A stretch of DNA of 64,000 nt, from the NCBI GenBank assembly GCA_016179055.1, contig JACOSC010000258.1, forward strand, positions 2,833 through 66,832, read 5' to 3'. Made by a program: the position numbers and the translations under genes. This DNA is from Acidobacteriota bacterium (GTDB taxonomy: Bacteria; Acidobacteriota; UBA6911; JACOSC01). This document shows positions 31,491-41,128 of the stretch, piece by piece; position 1 is the first letter of the stretch, and every line of letters begins with the position of its first letter. The notes under the pieces are model-generated. The model saw only the letters and a list, made by a program, of their open reading frames with translations. It searched no databases and was not told where the DNA came from.

Positions 31491-31665
31491 GTATCTTCTC
31501 AATAAATCGAGGTAGGGGCCCATACCACAATTCAAGAAGCGCGCGCGACCGTCAGCCAATCCTATCCCTGAAAGGGATACATAAAATAGCCGGGGGTGGA
31601 GCGGAGCGAAACCCCCGGGTCAAATAGGCCCCGAGTCCGTTCGACCCTGAAGAGGTCGCACCACT
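31491..31665. mobile_element. Truncated copy (left half) of the 400-bp MITE
   Basis: It starts GTATCTTCTCAATAAATCGAGG and follows the 50764 copy up to ..CGACCCTGAAGAGGTCGCACCA. No right terminus is present. Confidence 0.6.
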
Positions 31666-31887
31666 GTGACAAATAATTTCAAATATTTTTTTGTTAGATT
31701 TAAAGCGTCAACATGTCAGGGCGCAGCGCAAGCGCGGAGATTTGAGTTGGGTTTTCGATTTCGCCGGTCCGAGTTCACAGACTGGCGCCAGCTTGGACGG
31801 GACCGGTCGCGAGCATGTTAGCGGGGCCGCCCCGGAGGGGGACAGAGCGGCCTCGTACAGCAAGGTTGAGCAATCATTGCACGGCGA

Positions 31888-32970
31888 CTACAAAGAGTGA
31901 AGGGGCTGCCACCCTGTGCCGCCAAAGGACGGATCGAACTGCCATAGGATCGGAGCATTATCGACTGCGAACACCGTAGCTTCACCGTTACGGTTCTGCA
32001 CGGCAGCAACTCCTCCCCACACGTTCGTGAGCGGCGACAACAAGGCCCAACCATTGCCCGCGAAGAGGTCGCCGAACTCGCGATCCCATTCCCACACCCG
32101 TGCAGACCCATCGTCGGCAAATACAACAGGATTGCCGTTGTAGTTGCGAGTCGCACTAAGCGCTACAAAGTTTCCTTCCGACGACAACAAGCTCCAGCCA
32201 CCGGCGTCGGAATTGAAGTGCCAGAGCGAGAGAATGGCGTCCAGCACAAACACAACCGGCTTTCCCGTTGCGTTCTGCGTCGCAGCTATCTCACCCGTGC
32301 AATTGCATTGATTGGACAGCGACCTCCAGTTGTTGCCGCCCAGCGCGCGATTGAACTCGAACAGTTCTCCGCTTCCATCAACGACGAATACAGATGCCTG
32401 GCCGAATTCGTTTCGTGTCGCGCCTATGCCGCGATAATTCGCTGCGGTGGTCATTTGTGTCCAGCCGTCCGAAAACCGGGCAGCGGTTTGAAACCACGAC
32501 CACAGTTCACTACTGCGCGTTACCGCAAAAACCGCGGGCTGTCCGTCATCGGTTTGCGTTGCGCTGATCTGCCCTGAAATGTCCGGCACTCGCGCAGTGC
32601 GAAGCCCCAGCCAGCCGTTTCCTCCGTTGCTGGGATTGTGCTCGAAGATGTTGAACTGGGAATCGACGACAAAGACTACCGGCTGCCCGAGTGAGTTTTG
32701 GGTCGCGGTGATCCCCACAAATGTTCGAGCCGGATTCGAATCAGCCATGTGGAGCCATCCGATCGCAGAGTTAGGGTTGTGTTGCCACAATTCGTCGAAT
32801 GTCTGCCCGTGACGGATCACGTAGGCGACCGGCTGACCGAACTCGTTCCTCGTCGAAGCGACTCGTTCGCTGGAAACCACGCGACTCTGGGCGTTTGCCC
32901 AAGTGGGAGTCAGCAGAACCACGAGGGCAGCCATAAGGATCGAAATTGAAATTCTGAAGTTTATTTTCAT
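31888..32970 (-). CDS. Secreted seven-repeat beta-propeller protein (tectonin / PLL-lectin-like repeats)
   Basis: ATG 32970 with AAGGAG upstream. Signal peptide MKINFRISISILMAALVVLLTPTWANAQ. About seven ~48-aa repeats of the form ATQN..GQPVVFV.D....LWHF......GW..L. Confidence 0.6.
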   Translation of the reverse strand: MKINFRISISILMAALVVLLTPTWANAQSRVVSSERVASTRNEFGQPVAYVIRHGQTFDELWQHNPNSAIGWLHMADSNPARTFVGITATQNSLGQPVVFVVDSQFNIFEHNPSNGGNGWLGLRTARVPDISGQISATQTDDGQPAVFAVTRSSELWSWFQTAARFSDGWTQMTTAANYRGIGATRNEFGQASVFVVDGSGELFEFNRALGGNNWRSLSNQCNCTGEIAATQNATGKPVVFVLDAILSLWHFNSDAGGWSLLSSEGNFVALSATRNYNGNPVVFADDGSARVWEWDREFGDLFAGNGWALLSPLTNVWGGVAAVQNRNGEATVFAVDNAPILWQFDPSFGGTGWQPLHSL

Positions 32971-33072
32971 GATGTTTCTCCTTTTTCTTGTACGCTCTTG
33001 CAGCCTCAGCCGAAGAGAGCCAAGCAACAAAATTCTGAATCACTCAGCAAGCGCTGTTTGCTCTGACACCCA

Positions 33073-33112
33073 TATAGCTGCCGGATGCGCGGGATGAGTG
33101 ACCAAGAAATAA
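33073..33112 (-). promoter_or_regulatory. Bipartite promoter-like motif, site A (gene strand: TTTCTTG-GTCAC-N13-CCGGCAGCTATA)
   Basis: Plus strand tatAGCTGCCGG-atgcgcgggatga-GTGAC-caagaaataaac. It lies about 100 nt upstream of ATG 32970. Confidence 0.6.
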
Positions 33113-33937
33113 ACAAGTAAGCTTTTTCGTCGGACAGACCCCTGTATAACATATCTCCGGAATCTTGTTTTCTTAACAAGATTTTCTCTGCGTTTCCGTG
33201 CCTCTGTGATTAGTTTTTTCACCACAGAGTTGTTCATGCCCCTTTGGGGCACCACGAAGGATGAAAATCTCGTAAGGGAGTCTGATCGCGGGTGCTGTTA
33301 CGGCGCCACGATTTGTTCCCATAGAGGACGTAGGGAAGATTCGACCCTAAGGCCGGCACCCCGTGCGTCCGGCGACCGCGTTTACGTTCGTTGACAGATC
33401 GGGAGTCGATCGGGTGTGCCCTTGGGCACGCGGTCGGGTAAGGTGTGTCTTGTAGTCTTATTTTATTTTCAGGGGAGGGAAGAGGCACGATAAGGCGCCC
33501 CAGCGGGGTGCAAAGAGATTAGCCTGGGGCAACCGAAGTGCCGCCCCAGGACTACCGTCCCAAGAAGACACGCGCCCTGGAAGGGCGCGGGATTTGGTGT
33601 GCGGCAACTTCTCCGGCGCCCTTCCCGGGCGCGCCATCCCAGAGCCGGGCTAGCCCTGGGGCTGCGCTGACGCTTGCCCCAGGCTAATCTCCCTTGGCCC
33701 CTCCGGGGCCCGACGGGCGAATCGCACGCGGGTATTCTCGGGCGCGCACCCAGCAAGCGCAGCCGCCGTCGTCTTCCCGTCCATTTAGACGCCGGACCCA
33801 CTCCGGGTTTCTTTGCCACAACGCGTGGAGTACCCAGCTATTTCCTCAGCAATCAACCCGTAATCGAGCACTCTCGACCCCATACTGATAGGTCACGTAC
33901 TGTCCGCTGCAGCAGAAACTATGCTGCTGAGGAACGA

Positions 33938-35122
33938 TTAGCACCCTCGCATACATTCGGCACGGTCTTCACTGCAATTCTGCAAGCATAAGGTTCTTGC
34001 TCGACCTGTAAGTTCCCGACAATCTGCCACGCAGGTCTCCCGCTGCTGCGTACAACTGTGTACACAGTCCGGATCGACGGGCGGTGGTGGCGGCGGTGAT
34101 GCTAGAGAGCCACAATCGCTCACACAGAAAGGGTCTGTCATCGTGACACTTGGCACATCACTGAGCGCCTGGATCGACCGTCCATACCGGGGGTCGACGG
34201 TCGGGAATAGTGTCCGACCATCCCAGTTTTCTTCGGCAACGAGGGGCACGTCGATCACGATGCGCTCCAGGCCAAGGAAATAAGCGGTATACGGATTTGA
34301 CGTCAAGTGACCCGCCACGAATTGCCCCCATGCAGAGGGCCATGCCTGCGTGAGATCCAACGGGGCGCTGAATACATGTCCAGGATTTTCCATCGTCCCG
34401 TCGCCGAGATAATGGGTCACGCGCACCGATTCGTGTCCGACCCGATTTCCCGTATCACCATCGGTTGCTCGATGATCGCGGACAAATGTCATGGAATAGA
34501 TATTCCGAGCTTGGCTGATATACTGACCGCCATTGGTGTAACTGCCAAAGCCATAGTCCATACCCCATCTCGAATTGTCGTAACCGTCTGGTGTCGTCAA
34601 ATTCGAATCCGGCAAAGCGAACCACACATAGTACGTCGCCGAACCTTGTTGCATTTCGGCGTACACGAGGATGTGCCCACAGAACCCAGGCGTGCGGCCT
34701 GCCGTGATTCCGGTTGGGCTCACCATGGGCACCCATGAAAACGGCGAGCCGATGTGGTTTCCTGTTCGGGCTTGAGCGACGCCTGATCCGAGAGTACCCG
34801 GAACGCCAGTGCTACCGTCGGGCGAAATCGCGTTAAGGTCGAGTCCGAAGGGAAACGGCATATCCATATCCATGCCGGCTCCTTGATAAGAGTCGATTCG
34901 GCAGTTTGCGTTCGAGTCGTAGATTGCAATCGCCGCCGTCGCCGCAAATTGAGCAGGAAACCAGGTGCGGGTGGGACTCATTTGGCTGGCGGTCAACTGG
35001 GTCCAGGGGCTTTGAGCGAGACCGTCAGGACTGACGCAAGCGAAGAGTGCGATGAGGCCTAGAACACCGAACCGTAAGTACAATCGCCTCAGTCGCGTGC
35101 CTTTAATTGATAATTCGTTCAT
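33938..35122 (-). CDS. Secreted protein with C-terminal poly-Pro linker and four Cx3C motifs
   Basis: ATG 35122 with AGGAG upstream. Signal peptide ..LRFGVLGLIALFACVSPDGLAQS. The C-terminus is PPPPPPVDPDCVHSCTQQRETCVADCRELTGRARTLCLQNCSEDRAECMRGC (nt 33941-34096). Confidence 0.55.
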   Translation of the reverse strand: MNELSIKGTRLRRLYLRFGVLGLIALFACVSPDGLAQSPWTQLTASQMSPTRTWFPAQFAATAAIAIYDSNANCRIDSYQGAGMDMDMPFPFGLDLNAISPDGSTGVPGTLGSGVAQARTGNHIGSPFSWVPMVSPTGITAGRTPGFCGHILVYAEMQQGSATYYVWFALPDSNLTTPDGYDNSRWGMDYGFGSYTNGGQYISQARNIYSMTFVRDHRATDGDTGNRVGHESVRVTHYLGDGTMENPGHVFSAPLDLTQAWPSAWGQFVAGHLTSNPYTAYFLGLERIVIDVPLVAEENWDGRTLFPTVDPRYGRSIQALSDVPSVTMTDPFCVSDCGSLASPPPPPPVDPDCVHSCTQQRETCVADCRELTGRARTLCLQNCSEDRAECMRGC

Positions 35123-35199
35123 ATCTAATCTCCTTTCCAAAGTCATAAGACTTGTCGTTTCATCGTATGGCTCCATCTTTCATTGCCCACGGTCACTAG

Positions 35200-35239
35200 G
35201 ATAGCTGCCGGGAGGCCCCGATGTGTGACAATAAAATTT
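35200..35239 (-). promoter_or_regulatory. Bipartite promoter-like motif, site C (gene strand: TTTTATT-GTCAC-N13-CCGGCAGCTATC)
   Basis: Plus strand gatAGCTGCCGG-gaggccccgatgt-GTGAC-aataaaattt. It lies 78 nt upstream of ATG 35122. Confidence 0.6.
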
Positions 35240-35457
35240 CTGCCATTATTGAAAGCGTGGCACTCTAGTATCCCTTGGCTCATTCCCCCCGTCTGGTCTA
35301 TTCATAGCCTCTTCCCATACAGACCTCCCTTAAGACCTACTGAATTCCGACTTCGACGATACACGCGGCGCCCCGCCTGCTCGCCTGAGGCGAAGTTCAT
35401 CTATTCCACGCCGTCTACGACTGTGCCGACACGCATCGCGGCTTGCGCCGGGACGAC

Positions 35458-36819
35458 TCACCGCAGTAGGATCGGCGCCTCGAATTTGAAGTCGATCATG
35501 GTGCCGTAGAACCCGCCACTTGGGCTGACGAACATCACGTCTCCGGTCGCGCGGCCTCTGGCACGTAGCTGTTCTAGCGCTGCAACGTCGAACGTACCGG
35601 TGAATCCTTCACGTTGCATGACGACGCCTCGGGACTCGCGATATGGACCGATAAAGTCTGCACTGTCACCCGCCGCGAGATGTACGGCGTCTACGCGCGT
35701 CGACTGTTCGTCGGGCTTCCATAGAGCGAAGCTGGCGGCCACGAACTGCGGCGTATTGAGTCCACAATCAAACCTCGCAACGACGATCAAGTTGCTGGTG
35801 GTTCCCGTAGCGCGATTCGTCGGGTAGCGGCTGCCGTCGCGCACGGCATAGCCCGATGGTAACAACAATCCGATCTCGACGTAGTTGGGGAAAAACCCTA
35901 TCACTTGTTCGCCAGTGTCGATCGCGCCGTCGGCTTTCCCATCCTGGTTTTGATCGAAGTACGCGATGACACTGGTTGGGTTGCCCCCGCACAGAGGATT
36001 GGTGAAGTTGGGCAGATCGGTCACGGTCACCGTCGCCGTCCCGCCAGTCAACGTGGTCGCGTAGATTCGTTCCCCGCCAAGGCTGGGCGACTCGCCATCC
36101 TCACTGTACGCGTTGATCACGAACATGTAGCGAGTGTTGGGAAGCAGGTTGCGAAATCGGAATGACTGCGTATTCTCAGGCACACGGACGTCAGGGAGCC
36201 AGGTACTCGGGCCTTCAAGAATGTGGATGATGAAACCATACTCGTTGTCCGAGTTATCTTGCCAACTCACGTCGATCTCTCGGTCGGACAGCACGACAGC
36301 TCGCCGGTTCGACGGGCTAATCGGCGGGTTGTACACGGCAAACGGACGAGGAAACACCAACAAGGTCCGCAACACGCCGATGAATATTCCTTCTGCGGGC
36401 CCGGGGCAATTCTGGAACAGCGTAAGAGACACCACGCCGGACGTTGCAGTGTCCGGCACGATGGCACGGAGCTCCCGATCACTCACTCGCGTGAACTCGC
36501 GCCTCTCGAACGTCGTTCCGCTCGAAAAGCTGATCCTCGCTTCGGGGGGCAAGCGGTTAAAGCCGCTGCCGACGATGTTCATCTCAGTGCCCGGACTTCC
36601 AGACCATGGCGAATAGCCTGTCACGAAAACCCCGTTCGGAACCGATGGGGTACAGGCATTGGCGTCGAGAGGTTGCCCGTCTCCAGAGCTTTGAGATCGG
36701 ACGTATCCTATATTCAGGGCTAGCATGGCCACAAAAGTTGCTACCGTGAGTGTCAATTGCAGATAGCTCTTCCCATGAGCTACTGTACTTGAGGTTCGCT
36801 TTCCATAATCGATTATCAT
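35458..36819 (-). CDS. Secreted protein with IPT/TIG-like and fibronectin type III-like domains
   Basis: 453 aa. Hydrophobic leader LQLTLTVATFVAMLALNIGYV. IPT-like VTGYSPWSGSPGTEMNIVGSGF. FN3-like VVLSDREIDVSWQDNSDNEYGFIIH..LLPNTRYMFVINAYSEDGESP. The leader ACAAGAAAAGGAGAAACATC is nearly identical to that of the gene at 32970. Confidence 0.6.
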   Translation of the reverse strand: MIIDYGKRTSSTVAHGKSYLQLTLTVATFVAMLALNIGYVRSQSSGDGQPLDANACTPSVPNGVFVTGYSPWSGSPGTEMNIVGSGFNRLPPEARISFSSGTTFERREFTRVSDRELRAIVPDTATSGVVSLTLFQNCPGPAEGIFIGVLRTLLVFPRPFAVYNPPISPSNRRAVVLSDREIDVSWQDNSDNEYGFIIHILEGPSTWLPDVRVPENTQSFRFRNLLPNTRYMFVINAYSEDGESPSLGGERIYATTLTGGTATVTVTDLPNFTNPLCGGNPTSVIAYFDQNQDGKADGAIDTGEQVIGFFPNYVEIGLLLPSGYAVRDGSRYPTNRATGTTSNLIVVARFDCGLNTPQFVAASFALWKPDEQSTRVDAVHLAAGDSADFIGPYRESRGVVMQREGFTGTFDVAALEQLRARGRATGDVMFVSPSGGFYGTMIDFKFEAPILLR

Positions 36820-36991
36820 AGATGTTTCTCCTTTTCTTGTTTATTCTTCGGCATAGACCGAGAAGAACGACCACTTCGAATCTTGCCTTCATCTCCTTGG
36901 GTTTATGTTCTTCCTAGCTAACGCCGGAGAAGACCAGAAAAAGGGAAAGGACTTGAGACCCTCTTCTTACCCTACCTTCTCTGGGCACCAA

Positions 36992-37031
36992 GATAGCTGC
37001 CGGCACCGCCGTGTGTGTGACAAGAATAATT
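36992..37031 (-). promoter_or_regulatory. Bipartite promoter-like motif, site B (gene strand: TATTCTT-GTCAC-N13-CCGGCAGCTATC)
   Basis: Plus strand gatAGCTGCCGG-caccgccgtgtgt-GTGAC-aagaataatt. It lies about 173 nt upstream of ATG 36819. Confidence 0.55.
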
Positions 37032-37075
37032 CGTAACTGTTCAAGGGGTCCGCTGAGGAGCCCATCGACTTTCGA

Positions 37076-37104
37076 TTGACAACTGCAAACTTGTGCAGTA
37101 TGGT
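37076..37104 (+). promoter_or_regulatory. lexA promoter (TTGACA-17 nt-TATGGT) with an embedded palindromic SOS-box candidate ACTGCAAACTTGTGCAGT
   Basis: -35 at 37076-37081, -10 at 37099-37104. The palindrome at 37082-37099 (CTG-N10-CAG) fills the spacer. RBS AAGGAGGG at 37121-37128; ATG at 37134. Confidence 0.6.
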
Positions 37105-37133
37105 ATTGGCGGATTCCGGCAAGGAGGGAACGG

Positions 37134-37760
37134 ATGAGTAGACCAACACTCACCGATCGGCAGCGCGGCATACTGGATTTCATTTATAGAATGGTAAAGC
37201 AGTTGGGATATCCTCCCACCATGCGCCAAATTGGGAAGGAGTTCGGGATTCGCTCGACCAACGGCGTGCGTGCGCACTTACGCGCGTTGCAAAAGAAAGA
37301 ATACATCAAGCGTAACGCTTATACCTCGCGAGGAATCGAATTATTGGGCGCGGGATTGCGGAACGCCTTAAATACGGAAGTCTTGGAGATTCCAGTAATC
37401 AGTCGCGTGGCGGCGGGTACTCCGCTCTTGGCGGTGGAGAATATTGACGATACCTTAGTGCTGAACCGAGACCTGATCAAAGGGGAAGGGCTCTTCGCGC
37501 TGCGCATTCAGGGCGACAGCATGATCGAAGCCGGAATATTGGACGGTGATTATGTATTGGTTTGCCCGCAAGCTACCGCCGACAATGGAACCATCGTGGT
37601 CGCGTTGTTAGGAGAAGAAGCCACGGTCAAAACCTTTTTCTGCGAGCCCGACGGCCGCATACGCCTACAACCGGCCAACGCCCGACTTGAGCCGATTCTA
37701 ACCAATAATGTTCAGATCGTCGGCCAAGTGGTAGGTTTATTGCGGACCGCCTTTCATTAG
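37134..37760 (+). CDS. lexA: LexA repressor (S24 peptidase)
   Basis: 208 aa. LTDRQRGILDFI..GYPPTMRQIG..GIRSTNGVRAHLRALQKKEYI (winged HTH), VAAG cleavage region, GDSMIEAGI (Ser) and VKTF (Lys). Confidence 0.9.
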   Translation: MSRPTLTDRQRGILDFIYRMVKQLGYPPTMRQIGKEFGIRSTNGVRAHLRALQKKEYIKRNAYTSRGIELLGAGLRNALNTEVLEIPVISRVAAGTPLLAVENIDDTLVLNRDLIKGEGLFALRIQGDSMIEAGILDGDYVLVCPQATADNGTIVVALLGEEATVKTFFCEPDGRIRLQPANARLEPILTNNVQIVGQVVGLLRTAFH

Positions 37761-37926
37761 GCCGAAACCTTAATGCCGAACTACGACGAAGGAAAATGTG
37801 AAATCCGTGTCATGGAGCCCGTACGAAAGGCCATGATTCGAGCCTAAATGTTGAGGTGGATTTGAACGGGCCGTTTAACCTTCATGTCGAAGCGGTTGTT
37901 TCTCGCGGTCGTCGGCGCGCGACCGC

Positions 37927-38220
37927 CTAATCCCATGAAGTTCCAAGAATCACCCCACAGGCCCTCATCATGAGATTTATTTCGAGGGAGCCCGCATCAT
38001 ATTCCATCCATAGAATGGCCGGCCATTCGACGGCACGGCTTTCATACTGGACCGTGTGACCCATCTGCCAAGCCTGGTTAAAACGGCCGCTCACATTACG
38101 GGCCCCGCTGCGTGAGCGACGAGCCGGCGGCGAGGATCGAATGTGAGACACCGTCGTCCGTGCCTCTTCCGAAAGCTGGAGTTGTTGGCGCCACGCTAAG
38201 AATTGCTCATCGTTTAGCAT
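37927..38220 (-). pseudogene. Possible N-terminal fragment of a TnsA-endonuclease-like / Tn7-family transposition protein
   Basis: 97-aa ORF. ..HIRSSPPARRSRSGARNVSGRFNQAWQMGHTVQYESRAVEWPAILWMEYD resembles the start of TnsA-N-domain proteins, then ends abruptly. Recognition is from memory only. Confidence 0.3.
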
Positions 38221-41128
38221 AAGACGTCACCTCTACGAAGGCCCGACCGTTATAACAGCCGATCATCAGAAAGGTGGCACGCGGCCTGCCTTTTATGCAC
38301 CGATAGGACCGTTTAAATTATGTAACCCCTCTCAATCCCCTTTACCGATCAGAACAAACCCGGCCCAATAAAACGGGTGGCTATAAGGGCTGGACTTAAT
38401 CATGCGCAGTTTGGCTTGGCGCAGCGCGTCGGCCTTATCGGCGCCGTTTGGGGAGCGCAGTCTTCTAAAGAACGCGGGCATGAGTACGGACGTGGATTGG
38501 TCGGATACCGCCCATAAGCTGGCCACGACCGACGGCGTGCCGGCGTACATAAACGCGCGGGTCAGCCCGATCAGTCCCTCGCCGCGGACCTGCTTTCCCA
38601 GCGCGGTCTGACAAGCGGACAGTATGACGAGATCGGCCTTTAACTTCAGATTGAATATTTCGTGGACTTGCAAAAAGCCATCTTCCGGAGAGTTATTATC
38701 CAGCGTCAGGACAATGGAGGAGAACTGCGGCTTTTCCTCATTCAACAACCCGTGGGCGGAGAAGAGGATGTATTTGTATGCTTCCAAGTTTATGCCGGTC
38801 TTGACATTCTCCTCGCTGGCCTTATGCCGTAAGAATAGCCGCGCCTCGCCGGGCGGAAAGACTTTGGCGATGGACTGGGCTTCCCACTGGCTATGGGCCA
38901 GCCGGGCCAATCCTCCGCGCACGACGCCGCGCAGTAGACTTTTTTCCACATTGCCGGATCGCCGTTTTCCTTCGTAATATACAGGATCTGCGAACGCCAG
39001 AAACGCCTTCTGTTTGACGGGTGCCACTTCAAGGGGCTTAGTCAGCGTAGCTAAAACTGTGGCCGATGGAACATACTGGATCGCCAACTTACGGATCAAG
39101 TAGGGCAAAGCCGCGAAGTCGGCGCCGGCTTTGACCGGTTGGGTTAGCAAGGCTTCAAACGGCAAGTACACCAGTGGTCCATCGGGGACAATAATGAGGT
39201 GCTTCTTACCCGCGAGCCGCTTCGCCGCCGGTCCTACCAGCGTTCGATAAAGGTGATGGGCCAGGCCGGCATATTGACCGGCGTAGCCATGCAGCTCTTG
39301 CTCGGCGGGATCGGTTTTCATGATGAGGTTGCGCAGAGCCTTCACCTGCGCGGTTAACTTATCAGCGCCCGGCAGTCGATACAACTGGTAATCATTCTGC
39401 GCGACGGCAAAAAGATAAGAGGCTTTCTCCCCGACGACATACTCCAGCAATGCGGATTCTGCATCCAGTAGTTTCTGCGCTTGTTCCAAGGTGATGGGCT
39501 GAGGATAGAGTAAATCGGCGTACTTCGGATTTCTCCGGCGGGTCTCCTGTTGCAGCTTTTCATATTCGTCGTCAAACTCGCGCTGCGCGGTGTGTAATTC
39601 TTCCAGTGTCGCCGCCCTGGAATCACTTGGACCGGCTGGACCAAGGAGCGTGGCACTCAGCCGCCTCTGCTTGTCCGACAGCGTGGCCGTGAGTCGCTGT
39701 TTCCTTTGTAGCAAGTCGGGATCGATTCCTTGCGAGACCTGGGCTTTGGATTCAGCCAACAGCTCAAGAAAGGCGCGCGCCTTGGCCCGCTCAGCATACT
39801 CGAACGCTTCCCGATCAAATCCGTGGGCGGGTTCCCTCATATGCGCTTTGGCTAGCAGTTCAATAGCTCCTTCATACACTTCGAGTTTGCTTTCTAAAAA
39901 ACTAGACTTTTGCTCAGGCAATTGGATCTGACTGCGAAGGTTTTCGATCGTCTCGATCGCGAGCCGATAGTGCCCGAACGCCGCGTCGCGTTCTCCTTTC
40001 TGTTCGAGCGCGCGCCCCAGTCCGTAATGGGCTTGCCAAACAATTTCTAGCATGCCGGTTTGTTCCCCGGTGGCTAACGCGGAACCAAAGCCTGCGATGG
40101 CCTCTTCAAGCCGGCCCGTTCTTAGGTACAGATCGCCTAAACTATTCCACCCATAGCCTTGAACGTATTTATGCCCCTGCTCTCCCAAAAGCTTCATTCC
40201 GTCTCGAATGTATTCCAGTGCTTTCTGGTATTGGCCTGACCGTTTGTAGACCTCTCCGATGCGAGCTAAGGTTTCCCCTTTAAAGAGCATGTTCTTTATC
40301 TCTTCCGCTATAGTCAACGACTGTTCCAGTGCTTCCAATGCTTTTGCATATTCACCTATCTGAATGTATAAGTCCCCGATATTGGAAAGATTTCTTTCCT
40401 CTTCGAGCCTATCCGGAAACTCTCTCGCGCTTATCAATGACTTCTCGTAATACTCCAGGGCTTTAGCATAATCGCCCAAATCCTGATAAATGATCGCTGT
40501 ATTTCCCAGGCTGGCACCCGCTCGCCGTTTGTCTTCAATACCTGAAAGCCCCAGGAATATTCCAACCTCCTCATGATTAGCTGCCAGCGCCTTGGAGTAG
40601 TTGCCTATTTCCCGATAGATGTTTGAGAGGCCTCTTAAGGCTAGCCCACAATTAGGTTTGTCTCCTATCTCACAAGCAGCTTTTTGTGCTTCTTTCATGT
40701 ACTCTAAAGCTTTCTCGTAATTTCCTAATTTGGCATGAAGCCCTCCGATATGACCCATTAAGCGATAGACCCACTCGTAGCCCAGGTGACGTCCCAACTT
40801 TAATCTCCAGCTTGAAGAATTCTATAGCGTTCTGGTAATCATACAAATCCTTGTAGCGCGCTGAGATGACATCAAGAATTACCAATGTTACTTCCTGGTC
40901 GTTAACGTTTTTGGCTTTTGAAAGAGCAGTAAGATACGCTTGCAAGGAATGTTCTGAGAGTTTTCGAGAGCTCATCCTCCCATACAGATTTCCTAAACCG
41001 TAGTAGGGACCCGGATATTCTGGGTTAACTCGAATAATATCGTTTAGATATTCGCTTAGGTCGGCCAGGTATATTCTCTCTTCAAGATAGCTAGCGACTA
41101 AAGGCTCATAGCACATTAGAAGACTAGG

